Shown here: positions 28,647 to 43,059 of the stretch, piece after piece
Position numbering within the stretch: the stretch's first letter is position 1
Layout: every line of letters starts with the position of its first letter
Translations under genes and position numbers: made by a program
Notes under the pieces: model-generated
What the model was told of the DNA's origin: nothing
Databases searched by the model: none
What the model saw: only the letters and a program-made list of their open reading frames with translations
Assembly (NCBI GenBank): GCA_964016885.1
Contig: OZ024746.1
Span: 8,432,001-8,496,000, forward strand
DNA from: Eledone cirrhosa
Taxonomy: Eukaryota
DNA length: 64,000 bases
Direction: 5' to 3'

Positions 28647-29539
28647 TTTAACGACTGTTTTAGCGATGAGTTTTCTCATTCTTATATGAATAATATAAGA
28701 TGTTGTTCTATATAAACTACTCCTGAATACAAAATGTAGGTTGTTCACGACTGAAATGCTTCTAATAATAAATCTACTAAGTCGAAGCCAAGATTGTCAT
28801 CGGGCGTGTTTAGAAAACTATTTCTGTAGTCAAAATATATTAACCAGCATTTCCGGGCGATCCACACTCTTACTTCATAAACGTAAAGGATTATAGTCTC
28901 ATAAGAATCTGGAACGGAAAACCTCGAGTAACAACTCACACATAGCTTTGAATAAATATCTTTTTTGGCTTAATCTCATGTTACACTTGTCTGATGCCAC
29001 CAAACTTACATAGATACATACACATACACACACACGTAACACCACATACACAAATACATACACACATGCACACACACACACACACATGGTCTATAGTTTT
29101 GTAGTTTTGTATACAACATTTTACTTACAAGGTTTTGGCCAACCAAAGACTACGGCAGAAATAACCTCTCCAAGGTGGCGTTATACTTTTACCTATCTGT
29201 TTCGAAATGCTTCTCATTCCGTTAATTTATAATAATGGACTGAAGAAGAGAAAAACTTTGAAATAACATCGGAAATATTTTGAATAATTACTAACATCAG
29301 ATAGGCATATCATCCTATATATATATACTCTTATCTTTTCATGTATTATCTTATCATATTGATAAGAGTAAAGACTGAAAGCTGAAAATAACTATGTAAA
29401 CGTTGAGTGTTATAATAGAAAGATGTGAGATTAAATAGCTTCCTTTGTTATTTTATTGTATGTGAATATTTTGATAGCTCTGTATATATATTCATTTACA
29501 GTATAGACACTTGGGTACAAGGCTTTTGGGACTACAAGG

Positions 29540-29750
29540 TACAAGAGGTTTTGTGACTTTTATCAGAGAGACAATTATTTAAGTCAGATCAACACAAAAC
29601 TCTAGTCCCCCTCAAAGTTCCTCTAACTTCAATGCTCTTGTTCTAGCGCTCTAGCCAATTCTGGAAGGCACTCTTGTAGTCCTCCAATGTGAAGGTGTCC
29701 AGGGTACTTGTCACAGCCTCCTTCAACCCCTCCACATCCTCAAAGCGATT
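29540..29750 (-). mobile_element. Mariner transposase C-terminal relic
   Basis: Minus strand reads RFEDVEGLKEAVTSTLDTFTLEDYKSAFQNWLER*NKSIEVRG, resembling the mariner W.ER..KC..G C-terminus; contains a stop. Confidence 0.6.
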
Positions 29751-29754
29751 AACT

Positions 29755-29892
29755 CGACCCCAGTATTTTATCCACTTTGTAAAGATGAAAGGCAAAGCTA
29801 ACCTCGACGAGATTTGAGCTCAGAAGGTGAAAGATCGAAACTATATGCCATAAAGAATGTTGTCGTACGCTCTACTGATTCTGCCAATCCAC
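29755..29892 (-). mobile_element. OR1-like SINE, diverged
   Basis: GATGAAAGGCAAAGCTAACCTCG...TTTGAGCTCAG...CTGCCAATCCAC. Confidence 0.65.
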
Positions 29893-30026
29893 AGTCCTCA
29901 TGTACTCTAGAAATAATGAACAGTGACATTGACCATAGCAGTATTTGAATTCAGAATGTAAATAGCCATAATTTGATATCGCGAAAAATATTGTATGATA
30001 ACCAAACGTTTCTGCCAACATACCAC

Positions 30027-30057
<31 letters not shown>

Positions 30058-30070
30058 CCGTATATATACC

Positions 30071-30147
<77 letters not shown>

Positions 30148-30158
30148 GTATATATACC

Positions 30159-30216
<58 letters not shown>

Positions 30217-30219
<3 letters not shown>

Positions 30220-30396
30220 AACCAGTAAGACCCCGACAGCTGAGCTCAAGCCGTTTCGACGAGAATTAGCCGTCGAAACGGCTTGAGCTCAGCTGTCGGG
30301 GTCTTACTGGTTCCTATTACCCACTCTACTACCTCAAGTATTGAGTACTTTGGTGCGTTATGGTCCACCTGGTTCCTTACCACATTTCCTTCGTTA
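30217..30396 (+). mobile_element. Hairpin element family H, copy 3
   Basis: AGCTGAGCTCAAGCCGTTTCGAC...GTCGAAACGGCTTGAGCTCAGCTGTC plus tail, within (TA)n. Confidence 0.85.
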
Positions 30397-30418
30397 TATA
30401 TATATATATATATATACC

Positions 30419-30506
<88 letters not shown>

Positions 30507-30653
30507 ATTATATATATATATGTATTATATATATATATATATATATATGTATTATATATATATATATATATATGTATTATATATATATGTATTATATATT
30601 ATATATATTATATATATATTATATATATATATTATATATATATTATATATATA

Positions 30654-30684
<31 letters not shown>

Positions 30685-30711
30685 CCGTATATATATATAT
30701 ATATATATACC

Positions 30712-30770
<59 letters not shown>

Positions 30771-30773
<3 letters not shown>

Positions 30774-30969
30774 CAAAGAAGGTGTGGTAATATACCAGGT
30801 GGATCATAACGCACCAGAGTATTCGATACTTAGGGTAGTAGGGTGGAAAATAGGGAAAAGAGTCAGCACCCCGACGGCTGAGCTCCGGCCGTTTCGACAT
30901 CTAGATCCGAACGATCTAACTGTCGAAACGGCCGGACCTCAGCCGACGGGGGTGCTGACTATTTTCCCT
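30771..30969 (-). mobile_element. Hairpin element family H, copy 4
   Basis: Same architecture, diverged subfamily (CGGCCGGA(G/C)CTCAGCCG). Confidence 0.8.
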
Positions 30970-30988
30970 ATATATATATATATATGTG

Positions 30989-31139
<151 letters not shown>

Positions 31140-31152
31140 GTATATATATATA

Positions 31153-31346
31153 TAACAAAGGAATTGTGGTAAGGAACCAGATGGACCATAACACACCAGA
31201 GTACTCAATACTTAGGGTAGTAGAGTGGGAAATAGGAAAAAGTATGACCCCGACGGCAGAGCTCAAGCCGTTTCGACGGCTATTTCTGGACGTCCAGAAA
31301 TAGCCGTCGAAACGGCTTGAGCTCTGCCTTCGGGGTCATACTTTTT

Positions 31347-31351
<5 letters not shown>
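31153..31351 (-). mobile_element. Hairpin element family H, copy 5 (near-perfect 120-bp palindrome, centre 31291/2)
   Basis: TAGGAAAAAGTATGACCCCGA...CTGGACGTCCAG...TCGGGGTCATACTTTTTCCTA. Confidence 0.9.
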
Positions 31352-31404
<53 letters not shown>

Positions 31405-31405
<1 letters not shown>

Positions 31406-31596
31406 GTTATTCCGGGTTGAATCGGAGGTAACCACAGTAAGTAAGGTACTCAATACATAGCAGAGTATAACAGTTTTAATATAGAAGAGATTCTACAGGA
31501 CTAGAACTGTTTCATTCATTAGAAATCATCAGGATTCCTGATGATTTCTAATGAATGAAACAGTTCTAGTCCTGTAGAATCTCTTCTATATTAAAA
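31405..31596. mobile_element. Palindromic element (arms 31474-31596, centre 31535) with hammerheads in both arms
   Basis: The tail CTTACTGTGGTTACCTCCGATTCAACCCGG (minus strand) also occurs at about 17491-17528; flanked by (TA)n. Confidence 0.85.
31533..31581 (+). ncRNA. Complete type I hammerhead ribozyme motif
   Basis: GATTC-CTGATGA-T-TTC(TAAT)GAA-T-GAAA-CAG(TTCTAGTC)CTG-TA-GAATC: all three stems pair; GUA triplet. Confidence 0.85.
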
Positions 31597-32381
31597 ATAT
31601 ATATATATATATATATATGTTTGCAAAAAATGAACGGAAAAAACATAGAAAACAATACAGCACGATGAATATATTAATTTGACAGTTGATATAGTAGGTA
31701 AATTGGCAGTCTTGGGATATCGGATATAATGGTATGTAGTATTCTGTGGAGATTCTTGCCCTTTGGTCTCTGGGCACAAATACTGCAGAGGTTATCTTTG
31801 ACTTGCACCGTTACGAGGTCATTACATAAAGTAACAGTGCCCAATGGATGTTGATTCTCTCTCTCTCTCCCCCCTCCCCCCTCTCTCCCTCTATCTCTCT
31901 CCACCTCTCCCCCTCTCCCCCACCCCCTCTCTCTCTAGAAGAAACCGGCTGTGTTCTGACATAGAGTGGGATAGACATGGTTAAGGTTAAAACGCCCAAG
32001 ACTCGCCTTATATCATTACGGTTCTCCTTCGACTTCACCAGAAGTTACAAGTACATGACATGACATGTGATATATATAGGTATTAGATAGCTGGAGTTGA
32101 TGAGTATTGCCAATGTGATGTTTGTTGTGGGATGGGCAATTTGTAAACAAGAGCTACTTTCAAGATCTTATGGACTTTCTTATATAAATATTTTGATTGG
32201 ATTACTATTATCATTAAAATGATTGTAGAAATATGTTGTTTTGTTATGCGTAGAAATCAACATATCTACGTGGAACATTATCTCATGTTCGGTCATGTAT
32301 GTATGTATGTATGTATGTATGTATGTATGTATGTATGTATGTATGTATGTATGTATGTATGTATGTATGTATGTATGTATG

Positions 32382-32456
<75 letters not shown>

Positions 32457-32954
32457 CTATATATGTATGTATGTAACATATACACACATACAAATAATAT
32501 GGAAATATGTACTCTCGCCTCCATTTTCCCCGCATATATATGTCTCTCTCTCTTATATATATATATGTATGTATGTATATATGTATGTATGTATTCATTC
32601 AAGTATGTATGCAACATGCTTATGTGCATGGGTTGGTGTACAAATGCATATTGGCAATGTTTCAATGATCTGTTATCAAGTATAAGGCCGACTATTAACA
32701 ACCGAATTTACCAAGATTGTTAAAAAGTTAAAAAGATAGAGCATGTAAAGGAATTGAAGCGCCACACCCATTTACTTTAGAACACCAAGCCAACAAGGAA
32801 GCTTATGTGTAGTTGTCGAAAGTGTTAGATAATCTAGTGAAAGATACTGATACACAGACAAAATGGTTGGAATGTCTTCGATCAGACCTACCAGATATAT
32901 TCAGACAAATCAGTCATACACCTCTTAATTGTAGTTTATATGAATATGTGGATG

Positions 32955-33230
32955 TATGTGGCCTAGTGGTAAGGGTGTTGGACTTATGGTCATGATGTCG
33001 TAGGTTTGGTTCCTGGACTGGGTTGCGTGTTGTGTTCTTGAGCAAAATACTTCATTTTACGTTGCTCGAGTATACTCAGCTGAAAATGAGTACCAGCAAT
33101 AGCCGGGAGTTTAACCCTGCGATCAACTGGTGTCCTGTCCAGGGGGAGTCTTGTACTCTCTGTTGCTTCACGCCACGAAACTGGAATAAACACTGGCCTG
33201 ATGAGCCTTCTGGCTTGAAGCAAACTTTAG
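32955..33230 (+). mobile_element. CORE-like tRNA SINE (OR2-like), near full length
   Basis: TGGCCTAGTGG A box, GGTTTGGTTCC B-box-like, TTGTGTTCTTGAGCAAAATACTT CORE-like segment. Confidence 0.75.
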
Positions 33231-34080
33231 TTTATACGAATAATTGCTAAGTCGGCCTTATTGATGGTGGGACACAATCGATGCATCGATCTGGGAGCCA
33301 TAGAAACCATAGAAGTTTTCGCGAAAATTTGAAAATGAAAAAATAGCCTTTGAAGTTTGTGAAAAGGAGGAGGTGGAGTCCTTCCTTCCTGGGAGCTGAG
33401 AGTAGTCCCTTTAGAAAGCTCTAATGATAGGAATTAGTAGATGGCATTGCCAATTATAAGTTAAGAAGAACAATATATAGATTGTGGATGTTCTGAAATC
33501 TCGAAGTGTCTCAGACGTACTTTCTTGTATTTCTGTATTAAATATACTATGACAGCTACTTTGAACTTATCCCCTGTTAAGGTTTATTATCATTTTTCTC
33601 CCATGCTGTATTGTACATCGACTGGTCCTTGGATGGTTCTGGTAGTATATGAGATTTTTCTATAGCAAGAGGTTGCTAGCCGAACACACAACCTATCTAT
33701 TTCCGGCGAAGGGAACTCTATGAGTGGTCTCCCATGATGCTTTTTTCAGCGCAATGTTACCTATTCTGAGAACAGGGGAAAAAGAGAAAGAGAGAGAGAG
33801 AGTGAGTAAAGGAGAGAAAGAGAGAAGAAGAGAGTGATGGGAGGGAGGAAATGAGAGGGGGAAGAAAGAGAACGTTCAGTATCAGTATGATAGCGGAAGG
33901 GGTTAGAGTTGTCTCCCTTACATTAGGTGGTGCAGTTTCTTGTGGATAAGGACGTTAAGAGTTTCCTAGTTAGATAACAAAAAAAGGATAAATAAATATT
34001 TTCTTCCTTTATCAAGTGTTAAATTGATATATTTAATCATTGTACTGTGTCGTTTGCTTTGTTATTTCTGCCTACTTTTT

Positions 34081-34112
<32 letters not shown>

Positions 34113-34174
34113 CCATATACATACACACATAAACATACAAAGATATATATATATATACATACACACACACACAG

Positions 34175-34389
<215 letters not shown>

Positions 34390-34773
34390 AGTATATGTAT
34401 ATATATCAGCTATGTCCAATATATTACATATAGCACAATTATTTATATATTTATCCTATATATTTCTATTTTTTAAATAGGCCTTACAAAGGAACCGACG
34501 TTTCAAACCTCACAACTTCACCATGCCATATCATAAACGTAGTCATTTCGTAAAGATTATATTTTAAAATATAATGAATCAAATAGTTATACTCTATATT
34601 CCAATGTATTGAGTATTTGTATCATTTGTTTTATTGACCTTTTACTTAAGTGTCTGTATATTTATCTTATACGTCTATTATATTGTGTATATATTCATCA
34701 TCTATGTGTATATTTATCACTCATACTCACGCTCAAATGCACATACATGCGTAGTTGATGTATAGTTGATGAG

Positions 34774-34860
<87 letters not shown>

Positions 34861-34942
34861 CCCGAAACGTCGTTCCCCACCACCACCCCACTCTCAAGAG
34901 CGTGAAATTAATAAACATTCGTTGTACTGCCTCTCTGTTTTG
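34861..34942 (+). mobile_element. Truncated pLTR of the 19.1-kb family, starting at CCCGAAACGTC
   Basis: Matches 19119-19210; sits between (CA)n and (TA)n. Confidence 0.75.
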
Positions 34943-34960
34943 TTCCTGTTCAAATTTTCC

Positions 34961-35131
<171 letters not shown>

Positions 35132-35252
35132 TTAAACAATGAGAAGTATGGTTTGTTGATTATTCAAAAAAGTTAATTTTACTATCTTCATTGGGCTTAT
35201 ACTATTAAGTTCACATGAAGATATGTCACTATCTTAACCCGAAATATTATAT

Positions 35253-35307
35253 TTTATCTGACGAAAGTGTACTGAAATCTTAGTACCCTTGAAATACGTA
35301 TAATAAA
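35253..35307 (+). ncRNA. Type I hammerhead motif related to the 16.1-kb one
   Basis: TTTAT-CTGACGA-aagtGTACT..AGTACcctt-GAAA-TACGTA-TA-ATAAA; palindromic ATACGTAT stem III; lies in a about 220-bp insert between (TA)n tracts. Confidence 0.75.
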
Positions 35308-35367
35308 CTAAATATGGTTTTATAAAGATATTTTCCATTTATTGATATTCTTAATATATATATATAT

Positions 35368-35510
35368 AACAAAGGAATTGTGGTAAGGAACCAGATGTAC
35401 CATAACGCACCAGAGTACTCAGTACTTAGGGTAGTAGAGTAGGAAATAGGAAAAAGTAAGACCCCCGACGGCAGAGTTCAAGCCGTTTCGACGGCTATTT
35501 ACTTTTTCCT
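35368..35510 (-). mobile_element. Hairpin element family H, copy 6 (one arm largely deleted)
   Basis: Close match to 31153-31285, then jumps to the TACTTTTTCCTA end. Confidence 0.8.
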
Positions 35511-35569
35511 ATATATATATATATATATATACATACACACGCACATGTGTGTGCATGCGTGCGTGTATG

Positions 35570-35621
<52 letters not shown>

Positions 35622-36212
35622 ACAAATACAAAAGAAATATCATACTTTCCTCCACATCAATCATATCATAATATTTCATAACATTATTGTAAAATGAATG
35701 GCTTGCATAACATTTTATTACGTAAAGGTTTCATCATTATCAAAAGAGAAGTAAAGACTGTATCTTATATTTGTTGTTGAATTGTATATTTTAATTCATT
35801 TTTAATATAAAACTCACGATGCTTCTTTTCTCACCAACTGCCATCCTTTGTAAAATCTAGCCGAAGATGTTCGAAGCCATGATTGGAGATTCTGGAAAAT
35901 CGAAGAACGAGATAGATGAATGTTATTTAAAATATTGAAATATTGTTTTGTTATTTATTGGAAATATTTCAGTTTCAGTAAAAAAAAATAATTGATTTAC
36001 AAATTATTTAGACTTTTTAAAAAATGAAGTTTGAAGAGAGAAGGTGGGTCACATATAGTCACACATACATACATATACACACACATAGTCCACCTATACA
36101 CATACATGTACACATAGACATACATACAAACAGATGGAAATGTTCAAAACAAACATTATATGTATATATAAATGGACCCCCTACACAGACAGACATCTAC
36201 ACATACACATAT

Positions 36213-36247
<35 letters not shown>

Positions 36248-36320
36248 GATATATATATAAATATATATATATATATTTATATATGTATATACATACATTT
36301 ACACACACACACATATATTG

Positions 36321-36351
<31 letters not shown>

Positions 36352-36615
36352 ATATGTATACCCATTTATATATATAATTCTTGAAATAACTAAGTCATCA
36401 ACATTTTCATGTTATATATATATAAAGAGTTATAAAGTTTGAGAAAGACATTTCAGTTATATTTACATATACATAGCACACATTTCAGGTAGAACTGGAT
36501 AAATAAAATAAAAAAATAAAATAAAATAACAAAAATATACAAGGAAACAAACACAAAACACCATCAACAAGAACAAAAAAAAATTACTGATGAAATGCCT
36601 TTTCCTTTTCTTCAG

Positions 36616-36920
36616 AGAAAATCTATTCGGATTCTTCGTTCTATAACGATCCGAACGCAGTGTACCCCACTATAGAGGAGCAAATCAACTTATGTAAGAA
36701 GATCTCGCACTCACTGACGGCTGCAGCCAATAAAAAAGCGCGGGGGGCTACCATGTTTGCTAAACGTCAGAAGCGTTCTTTCAAGTGGATACATGACGGT
36801 GTGTCTACGGCGAGTGACGGAAACATCGCAGACTTATCCGAGCTTAGCAGTGAGCTGAGCCTGTTCGACGGTGGAACGAAACCGCTTTTCCAATTCCGCA
36901 TACCCAGAGTTGCACAACAG
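36616..36920 (+). CDS. Synaptopodin-2/myozenin(calsarcin)-like Z-disc protein, internal coding exon A
   Basis: Acceptor TTTCCTTTTCTTCAG| and donor CAG|GTAAAC (phase 0). Encodes KIYSDSSFYNDPNAVYPTIEEQINLCKKISHSLTAAANKKARGATMFAKRQKRSFKWI; the RG..MF.KR..RS.KW motif is characteristic of the family. Confidence 0.85.
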
Positions 36921-37049
36921 GTAAACACAAAAACAACAACAACAATAGATTAAAAAAAAAAAAAAGAATTGAATTGAAAAAGAAAATAATGAAAAATGAA
37001 AAAAAAAAAAAATTATTAATTTAATTCTTAAGAACTATTTGCCTGCGGC

Positions 37050-37108
<59 letters not shown>

Positions 37109-37648
37109 GCTTATATATGTATATGTGTGTGTATATGTATATAATTGTTGGTTTACTAACAATGGTTTAATGCAGAAAATTAACTGTTTTGGTGCAACTA
37201 AAATTGCATGGTGTGTTATTTGCTTTGGCTAGTAAGTTATTGTTGTTCCGTTGACTCCCTCACCTTAAAAACCAAAACAAACCAAGAAAAAAAACGTAAT
37301 CTCACGAAAAAGTTAAGATAATTTATATACGTAAAAAAAATAGAAAAAAATTTTTAAATCCATTTAAAAATATTAAACAGAGAAAAAATAGCATGAAGAA
37401 AATATAAAAGAAATGACAAAAAGTAACGAACTGTAATTATAAAGGAATCAAAGATAAATCGAGCAGACGTCATATAAAAACATAGCAGACGACAAATCAA
37501 AACTAAGCAGACGATAGAGAAAACACAGAGGACTTGTTAACGTTTGTAAAAGTTATTTGTAAGTCAGTCGCTTGTTATGCAACAGCTACCGAAGGGGGCG
37601 AACCTCTAATAAATGACTGGATGTTAATGTTTGTGTTGGAAGAGGGAG

Positions 37649-37859
37649 TATAAATAGTAAATAAGACCTGCATCTGCTTTACCTTTCCATTTCTTTCTCT
37701 CCCTACTTTATTACACTTCTTCAACGAACTTTACCTGTGTACTAACGTTTTATTTTCTTTCTCACTTGGAGTAGTATTGAGATAGCTTCTAACCCAGATA
37801 CACAGAACATAAACGTAAAGTTTAGCATAAAGATATTCTTAGACTACACCGAGTATAAG
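37649..37859 (+). promoter_or_regulatory. Possible intronic promoter and non-coding alternative first exon
   Basis: TATAAATAG at 37649 in non-repetitive sequence; donor-like AAG|GTATGA at 37859. Exon B has an in-frame ATG near its start. Confidence 0.3.
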
Positions 37860-38197
37860 GTATGATATAGATACGTCGAAATATTTTGCGCGTTAGTTGT
37901 TTATCTCTATAAAATCACAGCTATGTATATTCTACACACATACATACATAGCGTGCTCACACACATACACACGTATATACAGAAACAGACACATACACTT
38001 TATATGTATCGATATGTGGATATATTGAATGTTAGTATATATGATCATTTGATTACATATATGTATATATACACACACACATACACACACATACGCACAT
38101 ACACACACACATATATATGTATTATATATATATATTTATACTCTTTTGTTCTTTTACCTGTTCCAGCCAACCGACTGAGCCCATGCTGGGGCAACGC

Positions 38198-38277
<80 letters not shown>

Positions 38278-39121
38278 CATATATACATGCACACACGCAC
38301 ACATACATATATAATATATATATAAAATATACATACATGCAAATATATATATTTCTACATCACATAAAAGTAAATATATCTTTAATATACACACTGAAAA
38401 CACATGTGTACATACAATTACATTATTTACATAGAAAGACACACATAGCCACCCCACACTAAAAATACTCATGCACACAGACAGATAAAGGGCACACAAA
38501 ACAACAAAAATCCTTTTACAGAGGAAATACGACAGGATTGGTACAAATGACATAGAATAATAAACCCTAACTTGGCCTTAATAGTAATGGTTTAATACAG
38601 GAATAGATCCCATTCTCATGATTGGGAGTCGTCAGCCTAGGACACAACCACCATTCTTCACCACACACAGAACAATTCGTTAAGTCTTCATGATTTATTC
38701 GGGATAAATAGAGATCGGTGGGCTTTCTTCTGAGTTTAAGTCATTGATTTTTTTAAATTCTCAGTAATGAGTAACGATAGAGAACTGTTTGAAGATCTTT
38801 GATCAGAAATATCAATCGATGGTTTGTTATTGGCTATTGAGGCCAGAATAGAATCAGTTAGAATCAGTTTCACAGACATATATATATTGGAATAACTTCT
38901 AATAACCTTACCACTGACGAGAAAGGGTGTGAGAATCTGAAGAGGTTAACAGGAAATATTCGCTAATGAAACAATCTCTGACAACCGAGTCATTATATGA
39001 CTGACATAATCAGAGAATTAACTGCCCTTACGACAGTCGTAGCATTATTGTAGGATTATGAAGTAAAGTCACTTCACAGAACAGGATTTTACACATATTC
39101 ATACCGTGTTGCAGAAGGGTG

Positions 39122-39210
<89 letters not shown>

Positions 39211-39216
39211 ATTATA

Positions 39217-39343
<127 letters not shown>

Positions 39344-39360
39344 TATATATATATACATAC

Positions 39361-39410
<50 letters not shown>

Positions 39411-39641
39411 GTATATATATATGTATATATAATGTTTGTGTATATCTAGATTACATACACATATGCAGGAGTATAGATGGCATCGATAAGAACCTCCACA
39501 GATAGGAATAAGTGTTTAATGACATTTCTGTATGTGACAAGTGGCCATCTTTGTAGCGTCAGTGGAGTGACACATGTCTTTACCGCTGACAGTGCATACG
39601 GCATCCCCACAGCTAATACTGATAATTGTCGATACTGGTAT

Positions 39642-39849
<208 letters not shown>

Positions 39850-39899
39850 CATACATATATATATATATGTATATACATACATATATTATATATATACAC

Positions 39900-39932
<33 letters not shown>

Positions 39933-39933
39933 C

Positions 39934-39974
<41 letters not shown>

Positions 39975-39979
39975 CATAC

Positions 39980-40036
<57 letters not shown>

Positions 40037-40037
40037 C

Positions 40038-40068
<31 letters not shown>

Positions 40069-40092
40069 TACATACATATATATATATATATT

Positions 40093-40137
<45 letters not shown>

Positions 40138-40284
40138 ACTCCACTGTGGCTTACAGACATTCATATGTATGTGAGTATGTATATATATATATATGTACTT
40201 ACACACGCACGTATACACACACACACATATATATATATATTTATATATATAGGTATAAAAACACATATATTTATATTTATACAT

Positions 40285-40383
<99 letters not shown>

Positions 40384-40436
40384 TGCATGTATAAATATAT
40401 ATATATATGTATATGTATATGTATATATATATATAT

Positions 40437-40628
40437 AACGGAGGAGTTGTAGTAAGGAACCAGATGGACCATAACGCACCAGAGTACTCAATACTTAGGG
40501 CAGTAGAGTCGTTAATAGGAGAGAGTATGACCCCGACGGCAGAGCTCAAGCCGTTTCGATGGCTATTTCTGGACTCTGAGTACAGAAATAGCCGTCGAAA
40601 CGGCTTGAGCTCTGCCGGCGGGGTCATA

Positions 40629-40636
<8 letters not shown>
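40437..40636 (-). mobile_element. Hairpin element family H, copy 7
   Basis: GAGAGTATGACCCCG..TTTCGATGGCTATTTCTG-loop-CAGAAATAGCCGTCGAAA..CGGGGTCATACTCTC. Confidence 0.85.
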
Positions 40637-40688
<52 letters not shown>

Positions 40689-40699
40689 CATAAATAAAT

Positions 40700-41220
40700 T
40701 ATATATATAAATATATATATAAATATAAATATATATAAATATAAATATAAATATATATAAATATATATAAATATAAATATAAATATATATAAATATAAAT
40801 ATATATAAATATAAATATATATAAATATATATAAATATAAATATAAATATATATATATATAAATATATATAAATATAAATATATATAAATATAAATATAT
40901 ATAAATATATATAAATATAATATAAATATATATATATATAAATATATATAAATATAAATATAAATATATATAAATATAAATATATATAAATATAAATATA
41001 TATAAATATAAATATATATAAATATAAATATATATAAATATAAATATATATAAATATAAATATATATAAATATAAATATATATAAATATAAATATATATA
41101 AATATAAATATATATAAATATAAATATATATAAATATAAATATATATAAATATATATAAATATAAATATAAATATATATAAATATAAATATAAATATATA
41201 TATATATAAATATATATAAT
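40700..41220. repeat. Pure A/T higher-order satellite (TATAAA/TATATATAAA units, about 16-bp period)
   Basis: Read directly. Confidence 0.85.
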
Positions 41221-41748
41221 TCTTACGCATACCAACAAGCTGTAATATGATAATGGTATCATGTGAGGAGGGTTGCTATGACACCGACTACAACGATACA
41301 GCCAGCCTACGCTCAACAGAAATATTAAAGATTCTTTTAAGATATAAACTCAATTCAGACTTGTTACCTTTCTGCTGGTTCTCTCTTCTACTTTACACCA
41401 ACAAACCTTTACTGTTAGATCTAGGATAATATAGAAGTCTTTCTTATCTCGCCGCCGTTCCTTCTTTAGTTATTTCTTTCTTTGTGTATGCGTACACACA
41501 CAAACATACACACACTCTGAGGGACATACGTACACACACATACACACATACACACATACACACATACAAGAGTGGACACCTCCAAACCCTCACACATATA
41601 CTCTTACACAGAAAATCTTACGCACACTTCGCAAAGCTATTTCATATAAATAGCAATATCCACATGCATACATACATTAATATATATGCATTTATATATA
41701 TATATATATACATACACACACACACGAACACACCTCATATCTAACTAA

Positions 41749-41864
<116 letters not shown>

Positions 41865-41950
41865 GCAAAAGTTTTATTTAAAATTGTTGGGTTACAACAA
41901 GTAAATATTTTATAACTGATATAAAGCACTCGACAATTTTTTTTAATATC

Positions 41951-42024
<74 letters not shown>

Positions 42025-42025
<1 letters not shown>

Positions 42026-42140
42026 CGATCTAGCTGTCGAAACGGCCGGAGCTTAGCCTATGACCTACTCTACTACCCTAAATATTGAGTACTCTGGTGC
42101 GTTAAACCCCACCTGGTATCTTACCACACCTTCTTTGTTC
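42025..42140 (+). mobile_element. Hairpin element family H, copy 8 (no inverted arm)
   Basis: GATCTAGCTGTCGAAACGGCCGGAGCTTAGCC...TATTGAGTACTCTGGTGCGTTA...CTTACCACACCTTC. Confidence 0.75.
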
Positions 42141-42155
42141 TTTATATATACACAC

Positions 42156-42216
<61 letters not shown>

Positions 42217-43059
42217 TGTGTGTATACCTACATATATATGAGATAGTGATGATTTTCTGCTATCACAAATCTCTCAAGCTTCACGCATATCTAAACAATA
42301 TAATATGGATATCCCACACAATTCTAGAACATATCTACTTTGTACTCAACGGCCATGTATAGTTTATCTCACGCTATAGTAACAGTAACAGATTAGCTTT
42401 TCATACTTAGAATCCAACGATGTCTTTCGAAATACAACACTGTATTTTAATATTCTAATATTTTTATATAGAAAGTTCGTACAGACGAAGCGTGCATGTC
42501 ACTGCAGTGAAAGTCCGACGTCAGTATATTATTGAAAAACATGCGAAACATCAGTAAATGTTTAAATGTTTGCATCGCTCTAGTTATAGTTATTTAGCTT
42601 CTTTCGGTCGTCACTGTCAAGACCATATTGAAACACTTGACAAGAAACAGTATTTATGTCCACTCTCTGATCCCCCCCCCCCTTCTCTCTCTCTCTCTCT
42701 ATATATATTTAATATAGACATGATTTCTACATGACTAGACGATTGTCTTGTCTGTTGTCTGATGATCAACGTGAGTACGCAGGTGAAACTGCAGATTAAT
42801 AAGACTCATACACCCCCCCCCCCCCCCCTACACACACAGCTCCCGGGGAGATATACTTGCAATGTGTTTTAACTTCCGATTGAGTCGCTGTTGATTTTGT
42901 CCTGGTCATTCTCTGGTGGTTAAGGTGGTATGGCTGGTCCTGTTGATTCGTAATCATCTTATTCACATTTCTTTTGGAATGTCGCATAAGCTAAACAGTA
43001 AAAACCCAGTCTTCGGTGAAGCTAGAATGCTGTATTATTATTCAGTTCAAACGTGTATT

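Noticed and set aside
35860-35935. Coding-looking purine-rich stretch upstream of exon A
   Set aside because: No donor site, all frames stop quickly, and no recognisable motif.
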